From positions 71,429-135,428 of the forward strand of contig CAWBOU010000047.1 of NCBI GenBank assembly GCA_963790365.1: DNA of 64,000 bases. The letters are read 5' to 3'. Below are positions 27,612-37,618 of this stretch, one piece after another. The position numbers and the translations under genes are program-made. Source of the DNA: an uncultured delta proteobacterium. GTDB taxonomy: Bacteria > Desulfobacterota > Binatia > JACPRU01. The notes under the pieces were generated by a model. It saw nothing but the letters and a program-made list of their open reading frames with translations, had not been told where the DNA came from and made no database searches. Positions within the stretch are counted from its first letter, which is position 1, and each line of letters starts with the position of its first letter.

Positions 27612-29053
27612 GGTTTCGCCGTCCGCGGTATGAGGCTCACCTCGTCGCCCTCTTCGAGGCCGGCGACGACCGCGACGAAGTCGTCGTTGCTCTCCGCGAC
27701 CTGCACCTCGCGATCGACGAACGTGCCGCCCGACTTGACCGCGCACAGTCGCCGCCCGTCGCGCTCGAAGATCGCTTCGATCGGCACGAGCATCGCGTTC
27801 GCCGCCCGGCCGAGCGCGATCGCGACTTCCGCGGTCATCCCGGGCCGGAGCCGCGGGTCACTCCCGTCGAGCCGCACGCGGACCTCGAAGTGCTTGTCTT
27901 CGCGAGCACCGGCCCGGTCCGTGGCGAGGTTGCCGACGAAGTCGACGACGCCCGCGAGCCGGAGATCGGGGAACGCGTCGAGCGTGATCTCGGCGCGTTG
28001 CCCGGCGGCGAGGCGGTGGACGTCGAACTCGCGAATCGCGGTCTCGACCCCCATCTCCGAGGTGTCCGGGATCGTCATGATCGGCTGGCCCTGCCACACG
28101 GAATCGCCGATCTGAATCTTGCGGTACTCCGAGCCCATCGGGATCGCGTCGTAGACGAGGAATCCGTCCGTCGGCGCGAGGACCTCGAGCCGGCGGACGT
28201 CCGCTTCGGAGCGCGCGAGATCGGCACGCGCGGCCTCGAGCGCCATTTCCGCCTTCGCGGCGAGCGCTTCCTGCCGCACGCGCTCGTGCGTCGCGCTTTC
28301 CGTCAGGCGGGAGACTTCCTGCTTCGCGCGTTCGAGCGCGGCGCGCGAGCGCTCGATCTCGGCCGGCTGGCGGTACTTGAGCAGGTTCTCGTGCTGCGCC
28401 GCCGCGAGCGCTCGCGAGCGCTGGGCCTCCGACAAGCGCGAGTGCGCCTCCTCGAACTCCTTCCGAGTGACGAAGCCCTGCTTCAGGAACTCGTCCGCGT
28501 CGGCGGCCGCCTGCGAAGCCTGGAGGAGCTGCTCGTCCGCTTGATCGAGGCGCGCCTTCGCTTCGCGCACGGTGAGCGGCGCACTGCCCTCCTCGAGCGT
28601 GCGGAGGTCGATCTCCGCGAGCCGAGCACGCATCTCCGCGTCCTGGATCGCCTGGGCGGATTTCCCCTGGAGGAGCGCCGAGTCCGCGCGCGCCTGCGCG
28701 AGGCTCGCCTCGGCTTCCTTCACCGCGCGCGAGAACTTCGTCACTTCCTCCGCGAAAGGCGCCGCGTCGAACTGCACGAGGAGGTCGCCCTTGCGGACGA
28801 ACGTGCCCTCCTGCGCGAGACGGATCACCTTCGCGCGGTTGCTCTGGATGTCGGACGCGATCGTCACCGAGCGCGGCGCGACGAGCGTGCCGCGCTCGAC
28901 GATGCGGCTCTCGAGGGGGCCGCGACGAACACGGGCGGTAGGCTCTGCGACCGAGACGCGCCCGCCACTGCCGACGCGACCGCCGAACACGAGGGTCGCC
29001 CCGATGAGCCCTACGGCCGCCCAGGCGAGCGTTCTCTTTCCCCCGTGATCCAT
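27608..29053 (-). CDS. HlyD/MacA/DevB-type periplasmic adaptor
   Basis: 481 aa: N-terminal TM, long coiled-coil centre, barrel/lipoyl halves (GDLLVQFD .. APTDGFLVY .. GMTAEVAI). Confidence 0.85.
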   Translation of the reverse strand: MDHGGKRTLAWAAVGLIGATLVFGGRVGSGGRVSVAEPTARVRRGPLESRIVERGTLVAPRSVTIASDIQSNRAKVIRLAQEGTFVRKGDLLVQFDAAPFAEEVTKFSRAVKEAEASLAQARADSALLQGKSAQAIQDAEMRARLAEIDLRTLEEGSAPLTVREAKARLDQADEQLLQASQAAADADEFLKQGFVTRKEFEEAHSRLSEAQRSRALAAAQHENLLKYRQPAEIERSRAALERAKQEVSRLTESATHERVRQEALAAKAEMALEAARADLARSEADVRRLEVLAPTDGFLVYDAIPMGSEYRKIQIGDSVWQGQPIMTIPDTSEMGVETAIREFDVHRLAAGQRAEITLDAFPDLRLAGVVDFVGNLATDRAGAREDKHFEVRVRLDGSDPRLRPGMTAEVAIALGRAANAMLVPIEAIFERDGRRLCAVKSGGTFVDREVQVAESNDDFVAVVAGLEEGDEVSLIPRTAKP

Positions 29054-29054
29054 C

Positions 29055-30464
29055 TCAGGAACAGACCGAGCCGAGCGGGTCGTCTCCGACGAGCGTCCGC
29101 AAGAGCTCCTCGAGGCGACCCGAGCTGCGCCGTACCCGGAGCGAGGCGAGAATCCGCTCGATCCGCAGCGCAGCCTCGTCGCGCTGCGCCTTGGCGAGCG
29201 CGTCCTCCGCCTCGAGGACGTCGAGCAGGCTCGCGTACCCGCGATCGAATCGGAGGTTCGCGAGCTCCACGTTGGCCGAAGACGCCTGCACGTTTCTCTC
29301 CTGCACGGCGATCCGGCGCTCGATCGTGGCGAGACGACGCACCGCCTGTCGCACTTCGAGCGTCACGCGCTGCTGGATCTGCGCGGCTTCGCGCTTGCGC
29401 GTCGCGAGCTCGAGGCGTGCCTGCTCGGCTTGGGCGCGCCCGACTCGCCAGTCGAGCGGATTCGTGCCGGACACGAGGAAGCGAACGCCCGACTCGTCGA
29501 GCGAGGTGCTCTGCTCGAACGTCGGCCCGACGCCGACGAGCGCGAAGTTCACTCCGACGCGGAGGTCCGGGTAGATGTTTCGCTGCGCCACGCGCGCGCG
29601 AAGCTCGGCCTCCGCCGCCTGGTCGATCGCCTCGGCGATCTCCGCGCGCCGCTCGAGCGCCGCGGCGATGAGCGTTTCTTCGCCTTCCTCGACCTGCACG
29701 ACGAGCGGCTCCGGCACGATCGCGAGCGGCTCGCCCGGCGCGCGCCCGAGGAGCACGTCGAGCTCGTCGCGGGCCGACTCGGCGGACTCGCGGGCGTCGA
29801 GGAGATCGTTCTCCGCAGCGGCCTCCTGCCCCTGCGCGCGGAAGACCTCCATGCGCGTCGCGAGCGCCTTCGCGAGACGCGCGTCGGCGACGCGCGCGTG
29901 ATGCTGCGCGCGCTCGAGCTGGCGCTCGAGGATCGCGATCTCGGAGTCGAGACCGACGATGCGATAGAACGCCTCCGCGACGTCCATCGCGACCTGCTCG
30001 GCGGTCAGTCGGAGCTGCCGCTCCGCCGAGCCGACGCGTCGCGAGGCCTCCACGACCCGCGCGGTGTTCGTCAGCGGGCCGAAGTCGCGGAACAACGCCT
30101 GCGAGAGCGTCACCCCGGAGAACGAGCGATGGAAATCGTCCTCCGTCGAGGCGGTTCCGGCGCCGAGCTCGACGATCGTGCCGGTCGAGAACTTCTTGTT
30201 CACGCTGACGGCGCTCGACTGTGACGTCTCGGTATCGGAGCCGAGCCCGCTCGTCGCGAGCGGAACGAGATGCACGGCGAATTCCGCGTTCGCGACGTCG
30301 ATGCCGTAGCGAGCCGAGCGCACGGAGTCGCAGCCGTCGTGGATCCGCCGATTCGATTGCAGCGCCGTGCGGAGCGCGTCGGTCAGCGCAATCGGCGTGG
30401 GCTCGGCGGCACAGAGCTCGGCGAAGGTGACCGTCGCGGCAAGCACGAGAGCTCGATTCTTCAT
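29055..30464 (-). CDS. TolC-family outer-membrane channel
   Basis: 469 aa with a signal peptide and a duplicated coiled-coil/beta architecture (LTDALRTALQSN.., LLDVLEAEDALAKAQRDE). Confidence 0.85.
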   Translation of the reverse strand: MKNRALVLAATVTFAELCAAEPTPIALTDALRTALQSNRRIHDGCDSVRSARYGIDVANAEFAVHLVPLATSGLGSDTETSQSSAVSVNKKFSTGTIVELGAGTASTEDDFHRSFSGVTLSQALFRDFGPLTNTARVVEASRRVGSAERQLRLTAEQVAMDVAEAFYRIVGLDSEIAILERQLERAQHHARVADARLAKALATRMEVFRAQGQEAAAENDLLDARESAESARDELDVLLGRAPGEPLAIVPEPLVVQVEEGEETLIAAALERRAEIAEAIDQAAEAELRARVAQRNIYPDLRVGVNFALVGVGPTFEQSTSLDESGVRFLVSGTNPLDWRVGRAQAEQARLELATRKREAAQIQQRVTLEVRQAVRRLATIERRIAVQERNVQASSANVELANLRFDRGYASLLDVLEAEDALAKAQRDEAALRIERILASLRVRRSSGRLEELLRTLVGDDPLGSVCS

Positions 30465-31174
30465 GATGACGTCTCGAGAAGCTTCTTCAGGCGCTCCTCG
30501 GCCTCCACGTCGTTCGCGTTCAGCTCGAGCGCCTTCTTGTAGCCTTCGATCGCCGCGTCCGTCTTGCCGGCCTTCTCGGCGGCGAGCGCGGCGTAGTAGT
30601 GCTCCGCCGCGCGGAGCGATTTGTTGTTCGCCACTCCGGCGCCGCTCGCGCGCTTCGCGACCGCGAGGCCGAGACCGCGTACGAGCTGGTCGGAGAGCTT
30701 GCCGGCGACGGTCCGCGGCGACCCGGGCGAGCCGCGCTCCGTCACCGAACGGAGCACCACGCCGCTCTCGACGTCGACGATCCGCGCATCGACGCTGAGC
30801 GAGCCCGCGATCGCCATGAAGCCGCCGAAGATCATCGTCTGCGCACCCAGGATCTTACCCAAACGAATTTTCGTCTCGTCCGCGGCGAGGTCGGAGCTCC
30901 CGAGCTTTTGCTCCGCGAGGACGTTCGCGAGCTTCTGCCGTTCGACCACGACGAGCTGCTTCGATTCCACGAGCCGCGTGGTGATCGCGTCCGGCAGCCA
31001 CTCGCGGAGGAAGTCCAGCCGCTTCCGGCCCTCGATGGAGTTGTTGTCGAACGGAATCACGGCGACGGTCTGGCGCCGCGTGGCCACCTTCACCTTGGCC
31101 TTCGCTTCGGCGGCGAGCGCCTCGCCGCCCGCGAGAGCGATCGCCGTCCCGAGCACCAGGATGCCGAGCTTCAT
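30461..31174 (-). CDS. CsgG/LpoB-like domain + TPR protein
   Basis: ATG 31174 (ATGA overlap). Signal MKLGILVLGTAIALAGGEALA; VAVIPFDNNS..LVVVERQKLANVLAEQKLGSSDL..LGKILGAQTMIFGGF..DARIVDVESG; C-terminal TPR (AEHYYAALAAEKAGKTDAAIEGYKKALELN). Confidence 0.8.
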   Translation of the reverse strand: MKLGILVLGTAIALAGGEALAAEAKAKVKVATRRQTVAVIPFDNNSIEGRKRLDFLREWLPDAITTRLVESKQLVVVERQKLANVLAEQKLGSSDLAADETKIRLGKILGAQTMIFGGFMAIAGSLSVDARIVDVESGVVLRSVTERGSPGSPRTVAGKLSDQLVRGLGLAVAKRASGAGVANNKSLRAAEHYYAALAAEKAGKTDAAIEGYKKALELNANDVEAEERLKKLLETSS

Positions 31175-33084
31175 TCTTTCGACTCGAGCAGGCGCTGACC
31201 CTTCGCGAACGAGCTCCCGGAGACGCCCTTGGCCACGGCGAAGCCGTCCTCGACCGAGGTGAGCTCGAGCTTGCCGATCGTTTTCTTCCTCGTGCCCACG
31301 ACTTTCCCGTTCACCTCGACCGGCACTTCGTCGCCGATCACGTTGAAGCGCTGCCCGGCTTTCGCGCCGTGCTTCTTGCCGATGCCGACGACGATCTCTT
31401 CGCCTTCGACCGAGGCGATCGTGCCCTTGAGCGGATACTCGCCCCGCAGCTTTTCTTCGATCGTCGTGGCGACCTTCTCGGCGAACGTGCCGATCTCTGC
31501 GGGATCCGCGAGCGTCTCCTGCACCGTCGAGCGGACCGCCGTCGTTTCGGTATCGACCAACCGGAGCTGCAGGCGGCTCTGGCCGCCCGCCGGCTGGAAA
31601 CCGCCGAGACCGACGACGGACGCCGCGAAGAGCTTGCCGAGCTTCAATTGCGTTGCCGGATCCGCGAGCTCCGAGGAGCCGAGCTTCAGCTCCTGGAGGA
31701 GCTTGTCGAGGGTCTCGCGCTCGACGAGCGTGACTCGGCCCGATTTCTCGAACCCCTGCGTGAGGCCGATCAGGAACGCATCGTCGAGCCCGTCGCGCGC
31801 GAGCGGCCCGAGCTCCATCTTCAGATCGACGAGCGAGATGACGAGCTTCCGCGGCTCCCACTCGTCCGCGGGCTTCGCCGTCGCGGCGCCGCTCTTGTAG
31901 GCCTTGGCGAGGTCGTCGACGAGCTTGTCGGTGAATTTCTGCCGCTCGAGATCGAGCTTCTCGCGCTCGGTCCGCTCGATCTTCGTGAGGAGAGCGGCGA
32001 CGAGCTCGTCGTCGGGCGCGAGCGCCTTGGCCGCGGTGAGCGTCTTCTTCGCCTCGGCGGTCTTGCCGGCCTTCTCGAGCGCGGCTCCCTGATTGCTCCG
32101 CGCCGCGACGAGGAACGGCTCCTTCTCGATCGCCTGGTCGTACGTGCGGATCGCCTCTTCGGGCTCGGTCTCGCGGGTGACCAACGCGAGATTGTTGAGC
32201 GCCATCGCCGACTGCCAGCCGAACTGCGCTTGTTTCTGTCCGGCTTCCTCGAACGAGGCCTTCGCGAGCTCGAGCTTCCCGCCGCGAGCGGCGATCTCAC
32301 CGCGGACGATCGCCGCCGGCGCGCTGTCGGCGCCCGCCTTCTTCGCCTGCGCCTCGGCTTCATCGAGGTTGCCCTTCCGCAGCGCGACCGCCGCGAGCCC
32401 CTCGGCCGCGACCTTTCCGCCCGTGCCTTCGAGCTTGCCGAGCGCGCGGAACGCCTTCTCCGCTTCGGCGAGGTTGCCTTTCTCCAGCATCGCGTAGGCG
32501 GCGCCCGCGCGCGCCTCGACGCTGTTCGGGTCCGCCATCAGCGCATCGCTGAACACGTCGGCGGCGAGCTGCGGGTTGCCGCGCGCGAACTGCTTCTCGC
32601 CGACGGAGATCAGCACCTTCTGCGAGGCGAGCCCGCCGCCGCGCACGACGTCGCCGATGATGCCGTCCGGCGAGACGACGTAGGTGAGCGGCACTCCATC
32701 GCGGGCGCCGTACGTCGAGAACGTCTCGCCCTTCGTGTCCGCGCACACCGGGTACCGCAGCGAGTGGGCGTTCACGAACTCGACCAGCTCCTTCGGCGGA
32801 TCGCCGGCCACCGACACGACCGCGAGGCCGTTATCGCCATGCTTGGTCGCGATCGTGCCGAGCGTGACGGCGAGATTCCGCGACGGCTCCGAGCCGAGCG
32901 ACATGAACGAGACGATCGCGATCGGCGACTCGTGGAGCGACTCGAGCGAGATCTCCTTGCCGGTCACCGTGGTCAGGCGGAACGGCGGTGCGGGCTTGCC
33001 GACCTCGAGGTCCGCGGCCATGGATGCCACGGCGTAGAAGAGGAAACTGGGAAGGAGTGAAAGGAGGCGGGAAGCATTCGTCAT
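31171..33084 (-). CDS. thioredoxin-fold (TlpA/redoxin-like, Cys-less) + TPR + CsgG/LpoB-like domain protein
   Basis: ATG 33084 (ATGA overlap with the kinase stop). GKPAPPFRL..IAIVSFMSLGSEPSRNL (SEPS where redoxins have CxxC); TPR block; VISLVDLK..VTLVERETLDKLLQELKLGSSEL..LGKLFAASVVGLGGF. Confidence 0.8.
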   Translation of the reverse strand: MTNASRLLSLLPSFLFYAVASMAADLEVGKPAPPFRLTTVTGKEISLESLHESPIAIVSFMSLGSEPSRNLAVTLGTIATKHGDNGLAVVSVAGDPPKELVEFVNAHSLRYPVCADTKGETFSTYGARDGVPLTYVVSPDGIIGDVVRGGGLASQKVLISVGEKQFARGNPQLAADVFSDALMADPNSVEARAGAAYAMLEKGNLAEAEKAFRALGKLEGTGGKVAAEGLAAVALRKGNLDEAEAQAKKAGADSAPAAIVRGEIAARGGKLELAKASFEEAGQKQAQFGWQSAMALNNLALVTRETEPEEAIRTYDQAIEKEPFLVAARSNQGAALEKAGKTAEAKKTLTAAKALAPDDELVAALLTKIERTEREKLDLERQKFTDKLVDDLAKAYKSGAATAKPADEWEPRKLVISLVDLKMELGPLARDGLDDAFLIGLTQGFEKSGRVTLVERETLDKLLQELKLGSSELADPATQLKLGKLFAASVVGLGGFQPAGGQSRLQLRLVDTETTAVRSTVQETLADPAEIGTFAEKVATTIEEKLRGEYPLKGTIASVEGEEIVVGIGKKHGAKAGQRFNVIGDEVPVEVNGKVVGTRKKTIGKLELTSVEDGFAVAKGVSGSSFAKGQRLLESKE

Positions 33085-34391
33085 CGAGTCTCCTCGGCGA
33101 CCAGCGCGAGCTCGATCTGTACGCGCTGATTCGGTTTCACCACGGCGGTCTGACGCGCGGTGTAGTAACCTGCCTTGCGTAGCTCGACCTCGTAACGCCC
33201 GGGCGGAACTTCGAGCGTGAACGGCGTGCGGCCGACCATCTTGCCGTCGACGTAGACGTCCGCACCGTCAGGGTCGGTGATGGATTCGACGAAGCCGCGC
33301 TCGACGACCGCCGGCGGCGCCGGCGGTGGTTGCGGAGGCGCCGTGTCCGGGGCACGCGCGGGCTTCGCCGCGAAGCGAAGGTAGAGCGCGGCCCCGAGGG
33401 CGAGCACGAGCGCGAGCGCGACCACACTGCCGACGAGCCCACCCCGCCCGCGCGCCGGCAGGGCCGCGGGCGCCGGCTTCCCGGGCGCGGCTGTCGACTG
33501 GAGCAGCTCCGTCGCGTCCGCGGCGGGCGTCGCGACCGTCTGTTGCGCGGCTTGCGGCGCCGGTTGCCTCGCCGCGATCCGCTCGAACGCTTCGCGCGCA
33601 GCGCCCGCGTCGGCGGGACGGCGCTCGCGGTCCTTCTCGAGGAGGCTCATCACGAGGTCGCGGAGATCCTGCGGGACCGCAGGAGGGAGCGGCGGCGGCG
33701 CCTCGTTCAGGTGCTTGAACATCATCGCTTCGAGGGTGCCGGGAAACGGCGGGGCACCCGCGAGCATCTCGTAGGTCATCGCGCCGAGCGAATAGAGATC
33801 GGCGCGGCCGTCGATCTCCTCGCCGCGCCACTGCTCCGGTGGCATGTACCGCGGCGTACCGACGACGAAGCCCGTGCTCGTGAGGTTCGCGCCGTCGTTC
33901 GCGAGCTTGGCGATGCCGAAGTCCGCGACCTTGACGTGGTCACCGCCCGCCGTCTTGATCACGAAGACGTTCGGCGGCTTGAGATCGCGGTGCACGATTC
34001 CGAGCGGCGGCTTATGCGCGTCCGCGAGCGCATCGCAGATCTGTTGGGCGATTCGCGCCGCGCGTTGCGGCGGCAGCGGCGCTTCTCGCTTCAGCAGCTC
34101 ACCGAGCGTCTCGCCGCGAATCAGCTCCATCGCGAAGTAGAGCGCGCCCTCCGGGGTTCGCCCCGCGTCATAGACGGTGACGGCGTGAGGATTCGACAGG
34201 CTCGCCGTGACGCGGACCTCACGGAGGAAGCGTCGGGCGAACACTTCGTTCGACGCATGCGCGGCGTGCACGGTCTTCAGGGCCACTTCGCGAAGCGCCT
34301 CTCCGTCGGGACCGAGCTGCTCGGCGCGGTAGACGGTGCCCATCCCGCCCTCGCCGAGCGTCCCCAGAATGCGGTACTTGTCGACGATCAA
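33081..34391 (-). CDS. Ser/Thr protein kinase with TM segment and C-terminal PEGA domain
   Basis: TTG 34391: [50 protein letters not shown]; [22 protein letters not shown]; PEGA-like [34 protein letters not shown]. Confidence 0.85.
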   Translation of the reverse strand: MIVDKYRILGTLGEGGMGTVYRAEQLGPDGEALREVALKTVHAAHASNEVFARRFLREVRVTASLSNPHAVTVYDAGRTPEGALYFAMELIRGETLGELLKREAPLPPQRAARIAQQICDALADAHKPPLGIVHRDLKPPNVFVIKTAGGDHVKVADFGIAKLANDGANLTSTGFVVGTPRYMPPEQWRGEEIDGRADLYSLGAMTYEMLAGAPPFPGTLEAMMFKHLNEAPPPLPPAVPQDLRDLVMSLLEKDRERRPADAGAAREAFERIAARQPAPQAAQQTVATPAADATELLQSTAAPGKPAPAALPARGRGGLVGSVVALALVLALGAALYLRFAAKPARAPDTAPPQPPPAPPAVVERGFVESITDPDGADVYVDGKMVGRTPFTLEVPPGRYEVELRKAGYYTARQTAVVKPNQRVQIELALVAEETR

Positions 34392-34474
34392 TCGGGATTC
34401 TCTTTCGACGCTACAACACCGGTTGCGCCGGTCGCAAGATCGGCAAATGTCTCTACCGAGGAGGTTCCGCGACG

Positions 34475-36075
34475 ATGAACGACCGAGAGCTCTGGGATCG
34501 CTACCGCCGTCATCTTTGTGTCGTCGACAGTCTCGGGCTCGAGCTCGATCCGTCGCGGATGCGCTTCGGCGACGACTTCTTCGACCGCATGGCGCAACCG
34601 ATGGCGCAGGCGTTCGACGAGATGGAGGCGCTCGAGCGCGGCGCGATCGCGAACCCCGACGAGAATCGCATGGTCGGGCACTACTGGCTTCGCGCGCCCG
34701 AGCTGGCGCCGACGCCGGAGCATCACTCGGGCGATCCGAGAACACGCTGGCGGCGATCCACGGCTTCGCCGCGGACGTCCACGCCGGGCGCATCCGCCCG
34801 GAGAAGGCCGACCGCTTCCGCAGGATCCTCGTGGTCGGCATCGGCGGCTCGGCGCTCGGTCCGCAGCTCGTGGCCGATGCGCTCGGCGGGCGCGCAGGAC
34901 GCGATGCGGCCGTCGTTCCTCGACAACACCGATCCGGACGGCATCGACCGCGTGCTCGGCGGCCTCGGCGACGAGCTCGCGGCGACGCTCACCGTCGTCA
35001 TCTAGCAAGTCCGGCGGCACCAAGGAAACGCGCAACGGCATGCTCGAGGCCGCGCGCCGCGTATCCGCGCGGGGGCTCACGTTCGCCCGGCACGCGGTGG
35101 CGGTGACCGGCGAGGGCAGCGAGCTCGACCGCCACGCGGTCGCGGAGAAGCTGGCTCGCGCCGCTTCCCGATGTGGGACTGGGTCGGCGGCCGCACGTCC
35201 GAGCTTTCCGCGGTCGGTCTCCTGCCGGCGCGCGCTGCAGGGGATCGACATCGACGCGCTCCTCGCCGGGCGCGCGGGACATGGACGTCGCGACGCGGGT
35301 CGGCGACGTCAAGCGGAACCCCGCGGCGCTGCTCGCGCTCATGTGGCATCACGCCGGGGACGGCCGAGGCAAGAAGGACATGGTGATCCTGCCCTACAAG
35401 GACCGCTTGCTCCTCATGCAGCAAGTACCTCCAGCAGCTCGTGATGGAGTCGCTCGGCAAGGAGCTCGATCGCAAGGGCCAGGTCGTGAACCAGGGCATC
35501 GCCGTCTACGGCAACAAGGGCTCGACCGATCAGCACGCCTACGTGCAGCAGCTCCGCGACGGCGTGAACAACTTCTTCGTCACGTTCATTGAGGTGCTGA
35601 ACGATCGCGCAGGCGACATCGATGGCCGTCGATCCGGGCGTGACGAGCGGCGACTACCTGCTCGGCTTCCTGCTCGGCACGCGACGCGCGCTCTTCGAGA
35701 AGGACCGCGAGTCGATCACGATCACGGTGCCCGAGGTGAGCCCGCGCACGCTCGGCGCGCTGATCGCGCTCTACGAGCGCGCGGTCGGCTTCTACGCGAT
35801 CGCTCGTCGACATCAACGCCTATCACCAGCCCGGCGTCGAGGCGGGCAAGAAGGCGGCGACGGCCGTGCTCGAGCTGCAGGGACGCGTGCTCGCCCACCT
35901 GAAGGGGGGCGGGTCCGGCACGGCGGAAGCGATCGCCGCGGCCGTCGGCGCGCCGGAGGCGGCCGAGACGATCCTGCACGTCCTTCGACACCTCGCCGCC
36001 AACGGCCGCGGCGTGGAGGCGTCGGTCGCCAAGTCCCCGTTCGAACAGAGCTTTCGCCTCGCCCAGGCTCGTTAG
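34475..36075 (+). pseudogene. pgi: glucose-6-phosphate isomerase in about 12 frame segments, or assembly indels
   Basis: Pieces in successive frames: [27 protein letters not shown] | ITRAIRE | [24 protein letters not shown] | [16 protein letters not shown] | SKSGGTKET.. | [22 protein letters not shown] | [12 protein letters not shown] | ..[18 protein letters not shown] | [31 protein letters not shown] | [15 protein letters not shown] | [15 protein letters not shown]. Confidence 0.85.
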
Positions 36076-36123
36076 CAACGCTACGGGGGTCGTAGCGCCT
36101 CGGCGGGCGGAGGCACTGCAGCT

Positions 36124-36657
36124 TTGGACATTTTCGATCTCGCCGGCGTTCTGTGGCCCGTTCTCATCTTCGCCCCACTCACGCTGCGGACCCTCGGCAG
36201 CTGGTCGTGGGCGGCCTGGCTGCCCCCGCGGCTTCGCGCGATCGAGAACCGTCGTGCGCTCGCGTTCGTGGAGAAGCTGGTCGGCATCGTCGCCGAAGAG
36301 AAACGATCGGGACGGGTCGCCGTGAACGAGCGGGCGTTGCGTGAGGAATTCTTCGATGCGGCCGACGGCATCGCGCGCGTCCTGCCGGAAGCGGAGCAGG
36401 AGCTCACCCGCGCCGCGGTGCAACCGGTGAGCGATCGGCTCCGCGCGTTCGCGACGAAGGCTCTCGAGCGGGCGCTCGCGAACGGTCTCCAAGGAAGCGC
36501 CGAGGAGCTCGCGCGACGCGATCGCGTCGCGCGCGCGTGCCTCGAGATCCTCCGCAAGCTGCCGAGCCCCACGAGCACGAGCGTGCTCCGCCAGGCCGCA
36601 GCCGCTCCTGCCGACGACGTCGGCGACGGAGAGCACAAGATCTACCGCGCACGCTAG
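36124..36657 (+). CDS. hypothetical protein with N-terminal hydrophobic segment
   Basis: TTG start; GC3-rich codons. LAGVLWPVLIFAPLTL followed by a helical, Ala/Glu/Arg-rich body. The antisense ORFs 35722..36636 and 36081..36638 look like off-frame artefacts. Confidence 0.5.
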   Translation: MDIFDLAGVLWPVLIFAPLTLRTLGSWSWAAWLPPRLRAIENRRALAFVEKLVGIVAEEKRSGRVAVNERALREEFFDAADGIARVLPEAEQELTRAAVQPVSDRLRAFATKALERALANGLQGSAEELARRDRVARACLEILRKLPSPTSTSVLRQAAAAPADDVGDGEHKIYRAR

Positions 36658-36703
36658 CGCGGCCCTCGTTGCCGCAGCCGCCGCCCCGTGAAACGGTGGC
36701 GCG

Positions 36704-37618
36704 ATGCCGGCACCGGCCGAAAACGTGGGTCGCGGCGCGGCCCTGCTGGTCGTCGCGGCACTGCTCTTCGCCTGCGCCGGCGCGGCGGTGAAGGAGGTCT
36801 CGGCGACCGTTTCGACCGAGATGGTCGTCTTCTTCCGCTCCGCGCTCGCGCTCGTCCCGCTCCTGCCCTTCTTCTTCCGCGCGGGCCGACGCGGGCTCGC
36901 GACGCAGTGCTTTCGCCTCCATCTCGTGCGCGCGCTCGCCGGCCTCGCGGCGATGTACTGCTTCTTCTACGCGATCGCGCGGCTCCATCTCGCCGAGGCG
37001 GTCGTCCTCAACTACAGCGCGCCGCTCTTCATCCCGTTCGTGGCGCATTTCTGGCTGAAGGAGAGAGTGCCGGGAACGGTCGGCTGGGCGGCCGCGATCG
37101 GCTTCGCCGGCATCGTGCTGATCCTGAAGCCGGGGCTCGGCCTCGTCTCGCCGGCGGCGATCGTCGGCCTCGTCGGCGGAGTGCTCGCCGCGCTCGCGTT
37201 CGTCGGCATCCGCCGCTTGGCGGAAACCGAGCCGACGACGCGCATCGTCTTCTACTTCAGCACCGTCTCGACCGTCGTCTCGGCGGTGCCGCTGCTCGCC
37301 ATCTGGCAGACGCCGCCGGCCTCGGCCTGGGGGCTGCTGCTCTTGATCGGCCTCTTCGCTAGCGCCGGGCAGATGGCGATGACGCACGCCTACGCGTACG
37401 CGCCGGCGGCGAGGATCGGACCGTTCTCGTACGCGACGGTGGTGTTCGCCGCGCTCCTCGGCTGGGCGCTCTGGACCGAGGTGCCGGACGCGCTTTCGTT
37501 CGGCGGCGCCGCGCTCGTGTGCGTCGCCGGCGTGCTCGCCACGCGGCGTGACGCGCCCGCCGAGCCGATCGCGGTCAGCGAACCGGCGGTCGAGCCACCG
37601 GTCGTAGCGACGCGATAG
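36704..37618 (+). CDS. DMT superfamily (EamA-type) transporter
   Basis: 304 aa, about 10 hydrophobic helices, duplicated EamA pattern. Confidence 0.85.
   Translation: MPAPAENVGRGAALLVVAALLFACAGAAVKEVSATVSTEMVVFFRSALALVPLLPFFFRAGRRGLATQCFRLHLVRALAGLAAMYCFFYAIARLHLAEAVVLNYSAPLFIPFVAHFWLKERVPGTVGWAAAIGFAGIVLILKPGLGLVSPAAIVGLVGGVLAALAFVGIRRLAETEPTTRIVFYFSTVSTVVSAVPLLAIWQTPPASAWGLLLLIGLFASAGQMAMTHAYAYAPAARIGPFSYATVVFAALLGWALWTEVPDALSFGGAALVCVAGVLATRRDAPAEPIAVSEPAVEPPVVATR

Noticed and set aside
35722-36638. Minus-strand ORFs (304 aa and 185 aa) overlapping the pgi 3' end and the 36124..36657 gene
   Set aside because: They are antisense to recognisable PGI blocks, are Arg/Ala/Glu-rich, and carry no motifs. 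The plus-strand reading is favoured, although 36124..36657 itself is only moderately supported.
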